A stretch of 54,681 nucleotides of DNA from contig RFGS01000045.1 of assembly GCA_003695905.1 (NCBI GenBank), positions 1 to 54,681 on the forward strand, read 5' to 3'. The DNA comes from Zetaproteobacteria bacterium (GTDB lineage: Bacteria; Pseudomonadota; Zetaproteobacteria; Mariprofundales; Mariprofundaceae). Position 1 is the stretch's first letter, and each line of letters opens with the position of its first letter. Shown here piece after piece: positions 28,357 to 38,513 of this stretch. The notes beneath the pieces are model-generated. The model saw only the letters and a program-made list of their open reading frames with translations, did no database searches and was not told the DNA's origin. A program made the position numbers and the translations under genes.

Positions 28357-29496
28357 TCAGTAAACCGCATGATCGTTCTCCCGGATCTGTTCCACGGTCA
28401 CCTTGCCACGCAAGACTCGAAACACCCAGGAGGTATAGAACAGAATCACCGGAATGAAAATCACAGCTGCGATCAGCATCAGCCACAAAGTCAGTTGGCT
28501 TGAAGTAGCATCCCACATCAAGAGACTATGCGAGGGATGGGTGCTCGATGGCAGAACAAACGGAAACATGGCCAGACCTGCTGTCGCCGCAATACCGCTT
28601 ACAGAGAGCGCACTTGCCAGCCAGCTCCAGCCGGGACGGCGGATCCCCAATAAAAGGACTGCCAGTGCGCCCGACAAGCCCAGCATCGGCGCCAACCACA
28701 TCCATGGGTGCATCAGGAAATTGCTCAGCCAGGCGCCTGTTTCGCGAATGACTTCCTTGCCGAACGGGGTCGATGCAGCATTCGGATCGATGATGCTGAC
28801 AATACGGTACCCCTCAATGCCGGTCGCAATCCACCAGCCAGCCAGCACAAACAGTCCAATCGTCGCCAAGGCCGCGCCCCTAGCCACATGCCATGCACGC
28901 TGTTGCAGTGCGCCAGTCGTCTTGATCAACAGGAAAGTCGCACCGTGCATGCACAGCATCGCCACCGAGACAACTCCGGCTAACAACGCAAACGGATTCA
29001 GCAGATCAAACAAGGTGCCCGTATAATGGCTGCGTAACGTCTCGTCGAAATGGAACGGAACGCCCTGCAGGAAATTGCCGAATGCCACCCCGATCACCAA
29101 CGCGGGAACAAAGCCACCGAAACATAAGGCATAATCCCATATCGCCCTCCAGATCGGTGAATCGATTTTACTGCGGTAATCAAACCCCACCGGCCGCAGA
29201 AACAGCGCGAACAGGACGATTAGCAAGGCTGCATACATGCCGGAGAATGCCGCCGCATAGACAGCAGGCCAGGCGGCGAAGATGGCACCGGCACCAAGAA
29301 TCAGCCAGACCTGATTGCCATCCCATATTGGTCCGATCGCATTGATCAAAACCCGCCGCTCCTCGTCGGTGCGCGCAATAAACGGAAGTAAGGTGCCCAC
29401 GCCGAGATCGAAGCCATCCATGACCGAATAGCCGATCAACAACAATGCAATCAGCCCCCACCATATCAGCCGCAATGTTTCATAATCCAGCATCAT
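28357..29496 (-). CDS. cydB: Cytochrome bd ubiquinol oxidase subunit II
   Basis: 379 aa polytopic protein, MMLDYETLRLIWWGLIALLLIGYSVMDGFDLGVG..., overlapping the cydA stop by 4 nt. Confidence 0.94.
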   Translation of the reverse strand: MMLDYETLRLIWWGLIALLLIGYSVMDGFDLGVGTLLPFIARTDEERRVLINAIGPIWDGNQVWLILGAGAIFAAWPAVYAAAFSGMYAALLIVLFALFLRPVGFDYRSKIDSPIWRAIWDYALCFGGFVPALVIGVAFGNFLQGVPFHFDETLRSHYTGTLFDLLNPFALLAGVVSVAMLCMHGATFLLIKTTGALQQRAWHVARGAALATIGLFVLAGWWIATGIEGYRIVSIIDPNAASTPFGKEVIRETGAWLSNFLMHPWMWLAPMLGLSGALAVLLLGIRRPGWSWLASALSVSGIAATAGLAMFPFVLPSSTHPSHSLLMWDATSSQLTLWLMLIAAVIFIPVILFYTSWVFRVLRGKVTVEQIRENDHAVY

Positions 29497-31055
29497 GACC
29501 GACCTCCTTGGAACTCAAAATGATAACGCCCTGTATGCAACGCACTCGGACCCAAGCGGGCATACTTGAACATCAGGAACAACTCAACGGCAAACAATGC
29601 CCCATACATCAGCACAAATGCAGTCAGTGATGCCTTCACATCAGCAACACTTAGGCTAGATGTCGCTAGCCCCGTGGGCAGAATCTCATATATTGCCCAA
29701 GGCTGTCGGCCATATTCGGCAACGAACCAACCCAGTTCGGCGGCAAGAAACGGCAACGGGATCGAATACAGCGCCAATCTCAACAGGCTCCGCTTGCGCC
29801 AGGCCGTGCCGCGGCGAGCGGTGACCAGAGCGTAGGCAAGCAGGGCGAACAGGAAAAAGCCGATCACCACCATCGCGCGGAATGTCCAGAACAACGGTGC
29901 AACTGGCGGCACCGTGCTGCGTGCGGCCTTGGCAATGATTGTATCATCTGCCTTAAGCGGATCATCCGTATACTGCTTGAGCAATAGAGCATAACCCAGA
30001 TCGCTGACATGCCGCTGGAACACCTGCCGCTCCCCAGGCGTGGCCGTACGATTGCGCATGGCTGGCAGCAAAGCATAGGCCTTCAGACCCCGGCGTATAC
30101 GCTCGGCATTTTGTTCGACAAGCTCGTGCACACCCGTCACCGTGCCGGTCAGAGAGCGGGTTGCAATCAGGCCCAAGGCATACGGAATCTTGATCGCATA
30201 GTCCGTTTGCATTCGTTCATCATCGATGATGCCGGCCACTGTGAATGGTGCCGGAGCCGCCTCGGTATGCCACTCGGCTTCGATCGCGGCCATTTTTGTC
30301 GGTTGATGTTCAGCCACGTAGACTCCCGATTCATCGCCGAGTACGACGGCCCCCACTGCGGCAACCACGCCGACAGCCGCCGCAACGACAAACGAACGAC
30401 GGGCAAACTCTGTGTCGTGTCCCTTCAATAGATACCAGCTGCTGATGCCGAGCACGAAGACTGCGCCAGTCAAATAGCCAGCGCTAAGAGTATGCAGGAA
30501 CTTAACCTGCGCCACATGATTCAGGATCAGTTCAGTAAACCCTGTCAGCTCCATGCGCATCGTCTCCGGGTTGAAGACGGTAGCCACCGGATGCTGCATC
30601 CATCCATTGGCAATCAGGATCCACAATGCCGACAGGTTGGAGCCGAGAGCCACCAGCACCGTGACCATCAGGTGCTGACCGCGACTGAGACGGTCCCAAC
30701 CAAAAAAGAACAGGCCAATGAACGTCGATTCAAGGAAAAAAGCCATCAACCCCTCGATAGCCAAGGGGACACCAAAAATGTCGCCGACATAATGTGAGTA
30801 ATAGGCCCAGTTCGTGCCAAACTGAAACTCCATTGTCAGGCCGGTGACCACGCCCATGGCGAAGTTAATCGCGAAAAGCTTACCCCAGAATCGGGTCATA
30901 TCTTTGAAGATCACATCCCCGGTCCGGACATACAGGGTCTCCATGACCACCAACAGCAGCGAAAGACCAAGTGTTAGCGGCACAAAAAGGAAATGCATCA
31001 ATGCAGTAAAGGCAAACTGCAGTCGAGAAAGATCAACAAGAGCGTCCATATCCAT
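29493..31055 (-). CDS. cydA: Cytochrome bd ubiquinol oxidase subunit I
   Basis: 520 aa. LSRLQFAFTALMHFLFVPLTLG N-terminus, GWxxxEYGRQPW motif (AEYGRQPWAIY) and a long Q-loop. Confidence 0.95.
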   Translation of the reverse strand: MDMDALVDLSRLQFAFTALMHFLFVPLTLGLSLLLVVMETLYVRTGDVIFKDMTRFWGKLFAINFAMGVVTGLTMEFQFGTNWAYYSHYVGDIFGVPLAIEGLMAFFLESTFIGLFFFGWDRLSRGQHLMVTVLVALGSNLSALWILIANGWMQHPVATVFNPETMRMELTGFTELILNHVAQVKFLHTLSAGYLTGAVFVLGISSWYLLKGHDTEFARRSFVVAAAVGVVAAVGAVVLGDESGVYVAEHQPTKMAAIEAEWHTEAAPAPFTVAGIIDDERMQTDYAIKIPYALGLIATRSLTGTVTGVHELVEQNAERIRRGLKAYALLPAMRNRTATPGERQVFQRHVSDLGYALLLKQYTDDPLKADDTIIAKAARSTVPPVAPLFWTFRAMVVIGFFLFALLAYALVTARRGTAWRKRSLLRLALYSIPLPFLAAELGWFVAEYGRQPWAIYEILPTGLATSSLSVADVKASLTAFVLMYGALFAVELFLMFKYARLGPSALHTGRYHFEFQGGRS

Positions 31056-31088
31056 CTGCTTACTCCTGTGTAATGTCTTCGTGACGAG

Positions 31089-31214
31089 CTAGAAAAGCGA
31101 AGTCGGATCGACAGTAGGTCGATGGCGAAAGAACAACCACCAAATCCATCCAATGAGCAGAACCTTTACTGCCAACATCCACGCAAGCTCCCGTATCAGT
31201 GCTGACCGTCCCAT
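31089..31214 (-). CDS. Small single-pass membrane protein upstream of cydA (CydP-like)
   Basis: An ATG at 31214, 6 nt after AAGGAG, gives a 41-aa product: MGRSALIRELAWMLAVKVLLIGWIWWLFFRHRPTVDPTSLF. The L.RE.A..L..K..LL...W..FF pattern resembles the putative CydP small subunit as I recall it. The ORF track's 60-aa form starts at a GTG without an SD. Confidence 0.55.
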   Translation of the reverse strand: MGRSALIRELAWMLAVKVLLIGWIWWLFFRHRPTVDPTSLF

Positions 31215-31271
31215 GCGCCTCTCCTTGCCAAGCATCCTCAATCGAAGCATCACCATTTCATCAATGGGCAC

Positions 31272-31299
31272 ATACTACATGAATTAGTATATAAGTAAA
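31272..31299 (-). promoter_or_regulatory. Candidate sigma70 promoter of the cyd operon in the most AT-rich stretch of the window
   Basis: Reverse strand reads TTTACT - 16 nt - TAGTAT. The surrounding ~55 nt (31272-31325) are strongly AT-rich. Confidence 0.3.
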
Positions 31300-31394
31300 T
31301 AATAATATGATTCTGATGTGGCCAAGTTGCCAATATGTCTGACTCGGCATACACCGCTGACCAACGGCAATTGGCCTGCTACCCGGTGCTTCAC

Positions 31395-31874
31395 TCAGCC
31401 TCCTGGCACGAGCGACAAAAACAAAACACGAAGAAAACGGTAAGCATCATCGTACACCGGCGCTTCTTTTGACTCTCTGGGACCGGCAACATTCAGTATG
31501 CCAATGTCCTTGACCACCAGCCAGCGGTGAACCCGATAAAACGCCAGCCGGGCGTCCTCATTTAGGTCAAGACAATGAAGGTGGCAGGGGCGTCCATACA
31601 CATCACACAGTCGATAGGTGAGCCGGGTCCCCCGCCCCATAGACTTCCGGTAAATAATCAAGGTGCCGTCACTGTCCCTTACATTCCATTCGGTCCGCTG
31701 CCGATAGCACCGGAGCGGCGTTTCCTTCAATGGATAATGAACGGGAATGGGGCCATCCAATGCCCGCCTCCCCCTGGGACACCAGCCGCCAATCGCCAAA
31801 CCGACGTCTCGTGCAGCATCAAGCGCAGCTCGATCCACACCGGACTGACCGCCTGACACAACCTTGCACAACAT
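31395..31874 (-). CDS. cpYpsA-type SLOG-superfamily protein (the family annotated 'putative molybdenum carrier')
   Basis: MLCKVVSGGQSGVDRAALDAARDVGLAIGGWCPRGRRALDG.IP..Y.L.E......YRQRTEWNVRDSDGTLI matches the remembered signature of the PF12694 family. Its ATG overlaps the upstream kinase stop by 1 nt. Confidence 0.75.
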   Translation of the reverse strand: MLCKVVSGGQSGVDRAALDAARDVGLAIGGWCPRGRRALDGPIPVHYPLKETPLRCYRQRTEWNVRDSDGTLIIYRKSMGRGTRLTYRLCDVYGRPCHLHCLDLNEDARLAFYRVHRWLVVKDIGILNVAGPRESKEAPVYDDAYRFLRVLFLSLVPGG

Positions 31875-32740
31875 CAGTATGAACCTCTCACTTCCAGGAC
31901 CCTCTGCTCTTCATCCAATCGGACCACAATATCCGCGATCTGGGGCATAACGCGCCAGCCGTGACGAGTCAGGCGCTCGAAGAAAAGCATAAATCTGGCC
32001 AGTTCATCCGTGTTCATGCGCTTCGTCGATGGCAGCATTCCCTCCTGTTTGCTCCGCCAGCGGCACACACTTTCCCAATCCGGAGCCCACAGATACAGAA
32101 GGCATGAAGCATATGCAAACAAGCGCGTATATTCCCCGCCAAGCCATCTGTTGACATGCCGTCTCCAAACCCCATGCGGGTCAGCCAGGGCCTCCAATTC
32201 ATTGATCGGCTCCAGCAGACATGCTTCGGGCTCGGGAGGCAACCCCAGACACCATCCCTCAAACAGCACCAAGTCCACGGGCTCGGATACCCTAGGCCAC
32301 AACCGCCGCGGGCAAGGTTCATCAAGGCCTTTGTCAAAGCGAGGCAGACGACAGCATTGGCCCGACCGGAGAGCTCCCAGCACTTGCTCTCCCAGCATAA
32401 CATCATGTGTGCCAGGTACCCCACGCGTGGCAAACAGAGGATGAAACGAGCGGGCCATTTGCGCGCGCCTGTCGCGGGATAGGTAGAGATCATCCAGAGA
32501 CAAAATTGCGCATCGCCAACCCCAGTATCTCGTGCAAGCATGGCCGATGGCCCTCGCCAAAGTAGACTTTCCTGTCCCCTGGGCACCTGAAATGCCTACA
32601 ATGAGTGGCTGACCCCGCTGTTTTCGTTCCCGAAGAACCTTGCTGACAGGCATGATCAAATGCTCCACGGTTGACAGATACGTGGCGGTCAACCCGTTTC
32701 TGGTCAACCATGGTTCCCATATGCGATTGCTGACCGGCAT
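31874..32740 (-). CDS. P-loop kinase, D-glycerate 3-kinase / Tda10-like (COG4240)
   Basis: Walker A GISGAQGTGKST, LSLDDLYL, RGVPGTHD, PRFDKG and LVLFEGWCLG follow the motif order I recall for plant and cyanobacterial GLYK. Confidence 0.75.
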   Translation of the reverse strand: MPVSNRIWEPWLTRNGLTATYLSTVEHLIMPVSKVLRERKQRGQPLIVGISGAQGTGKSTLARAIGHACTRYWGWRCAILSLDDLYLSRDRRAQMARSFHPLFATRGVPGTHDVMLGEQVLGALRSGQCCRLPRFDKGLDEPCPRRLWPRVSEPVDLVLFEGWCLGLPPEPEACLLEPINELEALADPHGVWRRHVNRWLGGEYTRLFAYASCLLYLWAPDWESVCRWRSKQEGMLPSTKRMNTDELARFMLFFERLTRHGWRVMPQIADIVVRLDEEQRVLEVRGSY

Positions 32741-32756
32741 GAACCTTGTCTATAAT
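32727..32756 (+). promoter_or_regulatory. Candidate sigma70 promoter for the Zn-PLC-like gene
   Basis: TTGCTG - 18 nt - TATAAT (perfect -10 at 32751-32756), 38 nt upstream of the ATG at 32794. The -35 element lies inside the 5' end of the divergent kinase gene. Confidence 0.4.
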
Positions 32757-32793
32757 GAATGACATCATTTGCCAACCCCCTAAGGAGATGTCC

Positions 32794-33675
32794 ATGAAAC
32801 CCGGCGACCACCAGAAAATCACAAAACGCGCCATCGATCTCTATCATCTTCATTGTCCCGGACCGTTCAGCAGACATTTGAATCGCTATGCGGAAGAGGT
32901 TATCGAAGGATCAAAGGAAGCGGATACAACACCACTAACCGTTCGCGCCACGAACTGGCATTTCTATCCTGCAAATGATCGGCTCGCCCCCATCAAAACA
33001 AAACTTCTGGGTTTCATGCCCATTACCATCTATCCAACATCCGACCATATACTCAAGCGTCGCATTGAGGAATTGAAGAAGGAGATCAGCAAGGGCATCT
33101 CCGAGGATGTCTTCAATCTCGTGGGACGGATCCTGCATCATATTCAGGACATGAGCACACCGGCACACGCCGTACCTGTATACCACGGTCTGGATGTCCT
33201 AGATCTGGTGGAGGATGAACTCAATGTCAGGGACAGCTTCGAGGAGTACTCAGAGGAAAACATCGATACAGTACTGGACACCATCATCGTGGATCATGCC
33301 CATTTTGAAGCCACAACCGAGGCTCCCCTCTCTCCAGATGCTCTTTATGAGCATGCTGCGCAACGCACGCTTAAAACGCTGTATGGGCCCCATCAGGGGT
33401 TTCAGGCAAAGGTGGACGGCGTTTCATCACACATTGGCTGGGACAGCTACTGGCGCCCCTGGTCATCTGATCGGACCGATGAGGCAAGCTTGTACGGATT
33501 CGGCAGTTATGGTCCGTTGGGCCATGCCTTTGGCAAAAACCATGTGCTTGTCGGGCAAGTTCACTATGAAGTCCCTCCGCAGGCATGCTCACAATTGTAC
33601 CGTAAACAACTTTCCTGCATGGTTCTTGATAGCCTTCGTGCCCTGGCCTTTGTGCAGCAAACGACCGGTCTGTGA
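32794..33675 (+). CDS. Zinc-dependent phospholipase C / P1-nuclease-fold protein without a signal peptide
   Basis: Start re-assigned to the ATG at 32794, 6 nt after AAGGAG. DHQKITKRAIDL, EADT...NWHFYPAN and LHHIQDMSTPAH line up with SHLWIVNRAIDI, AADY...SHFYDP and LHYLGDVNQPMH of Bacillus cereus PLC as I remember it. Confidence 0.65.
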   Translation: MKPGDHQKITKRAIDLYHLHCPGPFSRHLNRYAEEVIEGSKEADTTPLTVRATNWHFYPANDRLAPIKTKLLGFMPITIYPTSDHILKRRIEELKKEISKGISEDVFNLVGRILHHIQDMSTPAHAVPVYHGLDVLDLVEDELNVRDSFEEYSEENIDTVLDTIIVDHAHFEATTEAPLSPDALYEHAAQRTLKTLYGPHQGFQAKVDGVSSHIGWDSYWRPWSSDRTDEASLYGFGSYGPLGHAFGKNHVLVGQVHYEVPPQACSQLYRKQLSCMVLDSLRALAFVQQTTGL

Positions 33676-33680
33676 ACAAA

Positions 33681-36233
<2,553 letters not shown>

Positions 36234-36237
<4 letters not shown>

Positions 36238-36488
36238 GGCTGCCCGTCCCGAGCTTGCAGCAAATACGCAATCGCCTGCGCATCTATCCGGTGCTTGGCC
36301 ACAGGCCTCCCGTCCAACAACACAACAGGCACATCCATGCCATATCGGACCAGCAGGGCCTTGTCACGATCGACATCAACACTCTCCCAAGTACACAAGC
36401 CCTTTTTGGCGAGTTGTTCAAGCACCAGCTTGGCTTCATCACACAGACAGCATTGACGTCTTCCTAGCAATTGAAGATGCGGTGCCAT
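36234..36488 (-). CDS. Glutaredoxin-like small protein (DUF836-type)
   Basis: 84 aa with a CCLC (CxxC) motif near the N-terminus and a VPVV..DG motif. ATGA overlap with the downstream tlpA-like gene. Confidence 0.7.
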
Positions 36489-36490
36489 CG

Positions 36491-37891
36491 TTACGGCCTG
36501 GCCTCGGGCAACCTGATCAGAGCAAAGACTTGATCGCCATGCCGGTCCAGCATCACCCGCAGCAGATCACCGGGCTTGAAGGCACCGAGCATCTTGCGAA
36601 AGGAGGACACTCCCCTGATCGAACGGCCATTGATGCTGTAGAGCACATCGTTAGGGACAATGCCCGCCCTGGCGGCCGGCGATCCCCGCATGACCTCACG
36701 AACAACCACGCCCTCTTTTACGCGCGTATGCAATTGCTTGGCCAACTTGGGCGTTAAGTCCTCGACAACCAGACCCAATCGCACCCCGCTCTGTTCACCT
36801 CCATGGCCACGCGCATGGCTTGAGGCCTCTTCGGGCATTTTTTCAAGAGTGACCGTAATCGTATGTGGTTTGCCGTTGCGAATGACCTTTAGTATAACCC
36901 GGTCCCCTGGGCGATGGCGGGCCACGCGAATCGGGAGATCATGTGCCTTCTTGATGCGCTCGCCATCAAACTCCACTATCACATCCCCGGCCCGAATGCC
37001 GGCGCGATCAGCGGCACTGCCAGCCTCAACCTGCGGCACCAAGGCCCCTTCCCGGCTCTTCAAGCCCAAAGCCTTCATGGTTTCCTTGTCGACATCGGTG
37101 ATGCGAACCCCCAACCTTGCTCGCGTCACGTGTCCCGTAGTCTTCAATTCCCTGATCACAGATTTTGCCAGGTTGATGGGGATGGCAAAACCGATGCCGT
37201 TATTCCCTCCACTGCGCGAATAGATGGCCGTATTGATTCCCACGACTTCGCCGCGCGTATTGAACAGCGGGCCACCGGAATTCCCCGGATTGATAGCGGC
37301 ATCAGTCTGGATGAAATCATCATACGGTCCGGAGCCGATAACGCGCCCTTTGGCAGAGACGATACCGGCAGTCACGGTCTGCTCAAGACCGAACGGGTTG
37401 CCGATGGCCACAACCCAGTCCCCTACGCGCATCTTGTCCGAATCTCCCAGACGAACGGCTTTCAGCCCCTTTGCCTTGATCTTCAACAAGGCGACGTCGA
37501 TCTTCGGGTCTGTGCCGATAATCTTCGCTTTCCACTCCTTGCCATCACGCGTCTTGACGATCACCTCTTCGGCTCCCTCGACGACATGATTGTTTGTGAC
37601 GATGTAGCCATCGGATGAAAGCACAAAACCCGTTCCCAGGGAATGACGCTCTTGCGGGGGCAGGTTGCCGAAGAAGTCCTTGAAGAAATCCTCAAACGGT
37701 GAGCCAGGCGGAAAACCGAAGCCCGGAGGCAGACCACGCCCTTGTATAACCTGAGTTGTACTGATATTGACCACGGCATCGGCCTGCGATTCGGCGATAT
37801 CCGCAAAACTGTCGGGAAGCGCGTAGGCAGTCCATGATAGCATGCAAAGACTGGCAATACCACCGATCAAACTTGTCATCCAATGTCTCAC
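36491..37891 (-). CDS. degP: Periplasmic serine endoprotease DegP/HtrA (Do family, two PDZ domains)
   Basis: Catalytic triad context TNNHV, D.ALLK and GNSGGPL, plus two PDZ domains. The GTG at 37891 lies 6 nt after AAGGAG. The ORF track's ATG at 37909 has no SD. Confidence 0.92.
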   Translation of the reverse strand: MRHWMTSLIGGIASLCMLSWTAYALPDSFADIAESQADAVVNISTTQVIQGRGLPPGFGFPPGSPFEDFFKDFFGNLPPQERHSLGTGFVLSSDGYIVTNNHVVEGAEEVIVKTRDGKEWKAKIIGTDPKIDVALLKIKAKGLKAVRLGDSDKMRVGDWVVAIGNPFGLEQTVTAGIVSAKGRVIGSGPYDDFIQTDAAINPGNSGGPLFNTRGEVVGINTAIYSRSGGNNGIGFAIPINLAKSVIRELKTTGHVTRARLGVRITDVDKETMKALGLKSREGALVPQVEAGSAADRAGIRAGDVIVEFDGERIKKAHDLPIRVARHRPGDRVILKVIRNGKPHTITVTLEKMPEEASSHARGHGGEQSGVRLGLVVEDLTPKLAKQLHTRVKEGVVVREVMRGSPAARAGIVPNDVLYSINGRSIRGVSSFRKMLGAFKPGDLLRVMLDRHGDQVFALIRLPEARP

Positions 37892-37961
37892 GAGCGTCTC
37901 CTTTGACATAAAGAAATGGTGGGAGGATTGTGATCTCCCAAAAATGAAAAAAACATGAATA

Positions 37962-38420
37962 TTACGAGCCAGGCAAAATCTGAATGGTCTCCCTTCCCTT
38001 GTCGATGCGGATAATCCTGCCCATCGGCTGGGAAACCCATGGTCTGCACCGGAACTGAACCAACATAACCAGCCCCATGCCGAACAAGGCGGACAGAACC
38101 GAGATCAGCTCTCGAAAGGCAGCCCCCTGAGAAAGGGCATAGCCCAATGAGCCACCCAGCAGGAACCCAAGCATGGGCAAGCCATAGGCAAGAAAAGCTG
38201 CCCTCAGAAGAAGAGTGTCAGGCACATGAATGGTGACAATATCCCCTTCTCTGGCCGCGACCGGGTTCTCGACTTCCATCTCGACGAACCGCTGCTCCTG
38301 CCAACTACCCAGCGTGCTGCAGGCGGCCTCTCCGGCACATCCCCCGCATGCGCTCTTCCGCAACCCACGAACGCGCGCCCTGGCATTCTTCACGGCAATC
38401 ACGCTAACCTGCTGTTCCAC
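37962..38420 (-). CDS. rseC: RseC/MucC-family membrane protein
   Basis: A GTG at 38420 after GGAGG gives VEQQVSVIAVKNARARVR....ACGGCAGEAACS followed by two TM helices. This is the same layout as E. coli RseC. Confidence 0.75.
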   Translation of the reverse strand: MEQQVSVIAVKNARARVRGLRKSACGGCAGEAACSTLGSWQEQRFVEMEVENPVAAREGDIVTIHVPDTLLLRAAFLAYGLPMLGFLLGGSLGYALSQGAAFRELISVLSALFGMGLVMLVQFRCRPWVSQPMGRIIRIDKGRETIQILPGS

Positions 38421-38513
38421 CTGACCTCCAAGGTATTTCAACCAGAATTCCAACACGTATTGGACCACGCACAGCTTGTCCTAGCAAGCATCGAGCCGTA
38501 CACTGACACAGTT

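Noticed and set aside
31296-31316. AATAATAATATGATTCTGA as a possible Fur box, or an FNR site in the cyd upstream region
   Set aside because: A hand alignment to GATAATGATAATCATTATC gives only about 10/19 matches. No TTGAT-N4-ATCAA is present on either strand.
31319-31332. TGGCCAAGTTGCCA, superficially like a sigma54 -24/-12 element
   Set aside because: The GG to GC spacing is 9 nt rather than the 11 nt of TGGCAC-N5-TTGC. In the orientation read, the element also points toward no downstream gene.
31272-33680. Genomic island or mobile element carrying the SLOG-kinase-PLC block
   Set aside because: By eye there are no flanking direct or inverted repeats, no integrase or transposase, and no tRNA. 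Only the PLC-like gene looks compositionally lower in GC. It is treated as lineage-specific genes, not as a demonstrable mobile element.
38421-38513. sigmaE-type promoter (GGAACTT-N16-TCTGA) upstream of rseC
   Set aside because: A GGAATTC is present, but there is no matching -10 at the right spacing, and it would sit too close to the start codon.
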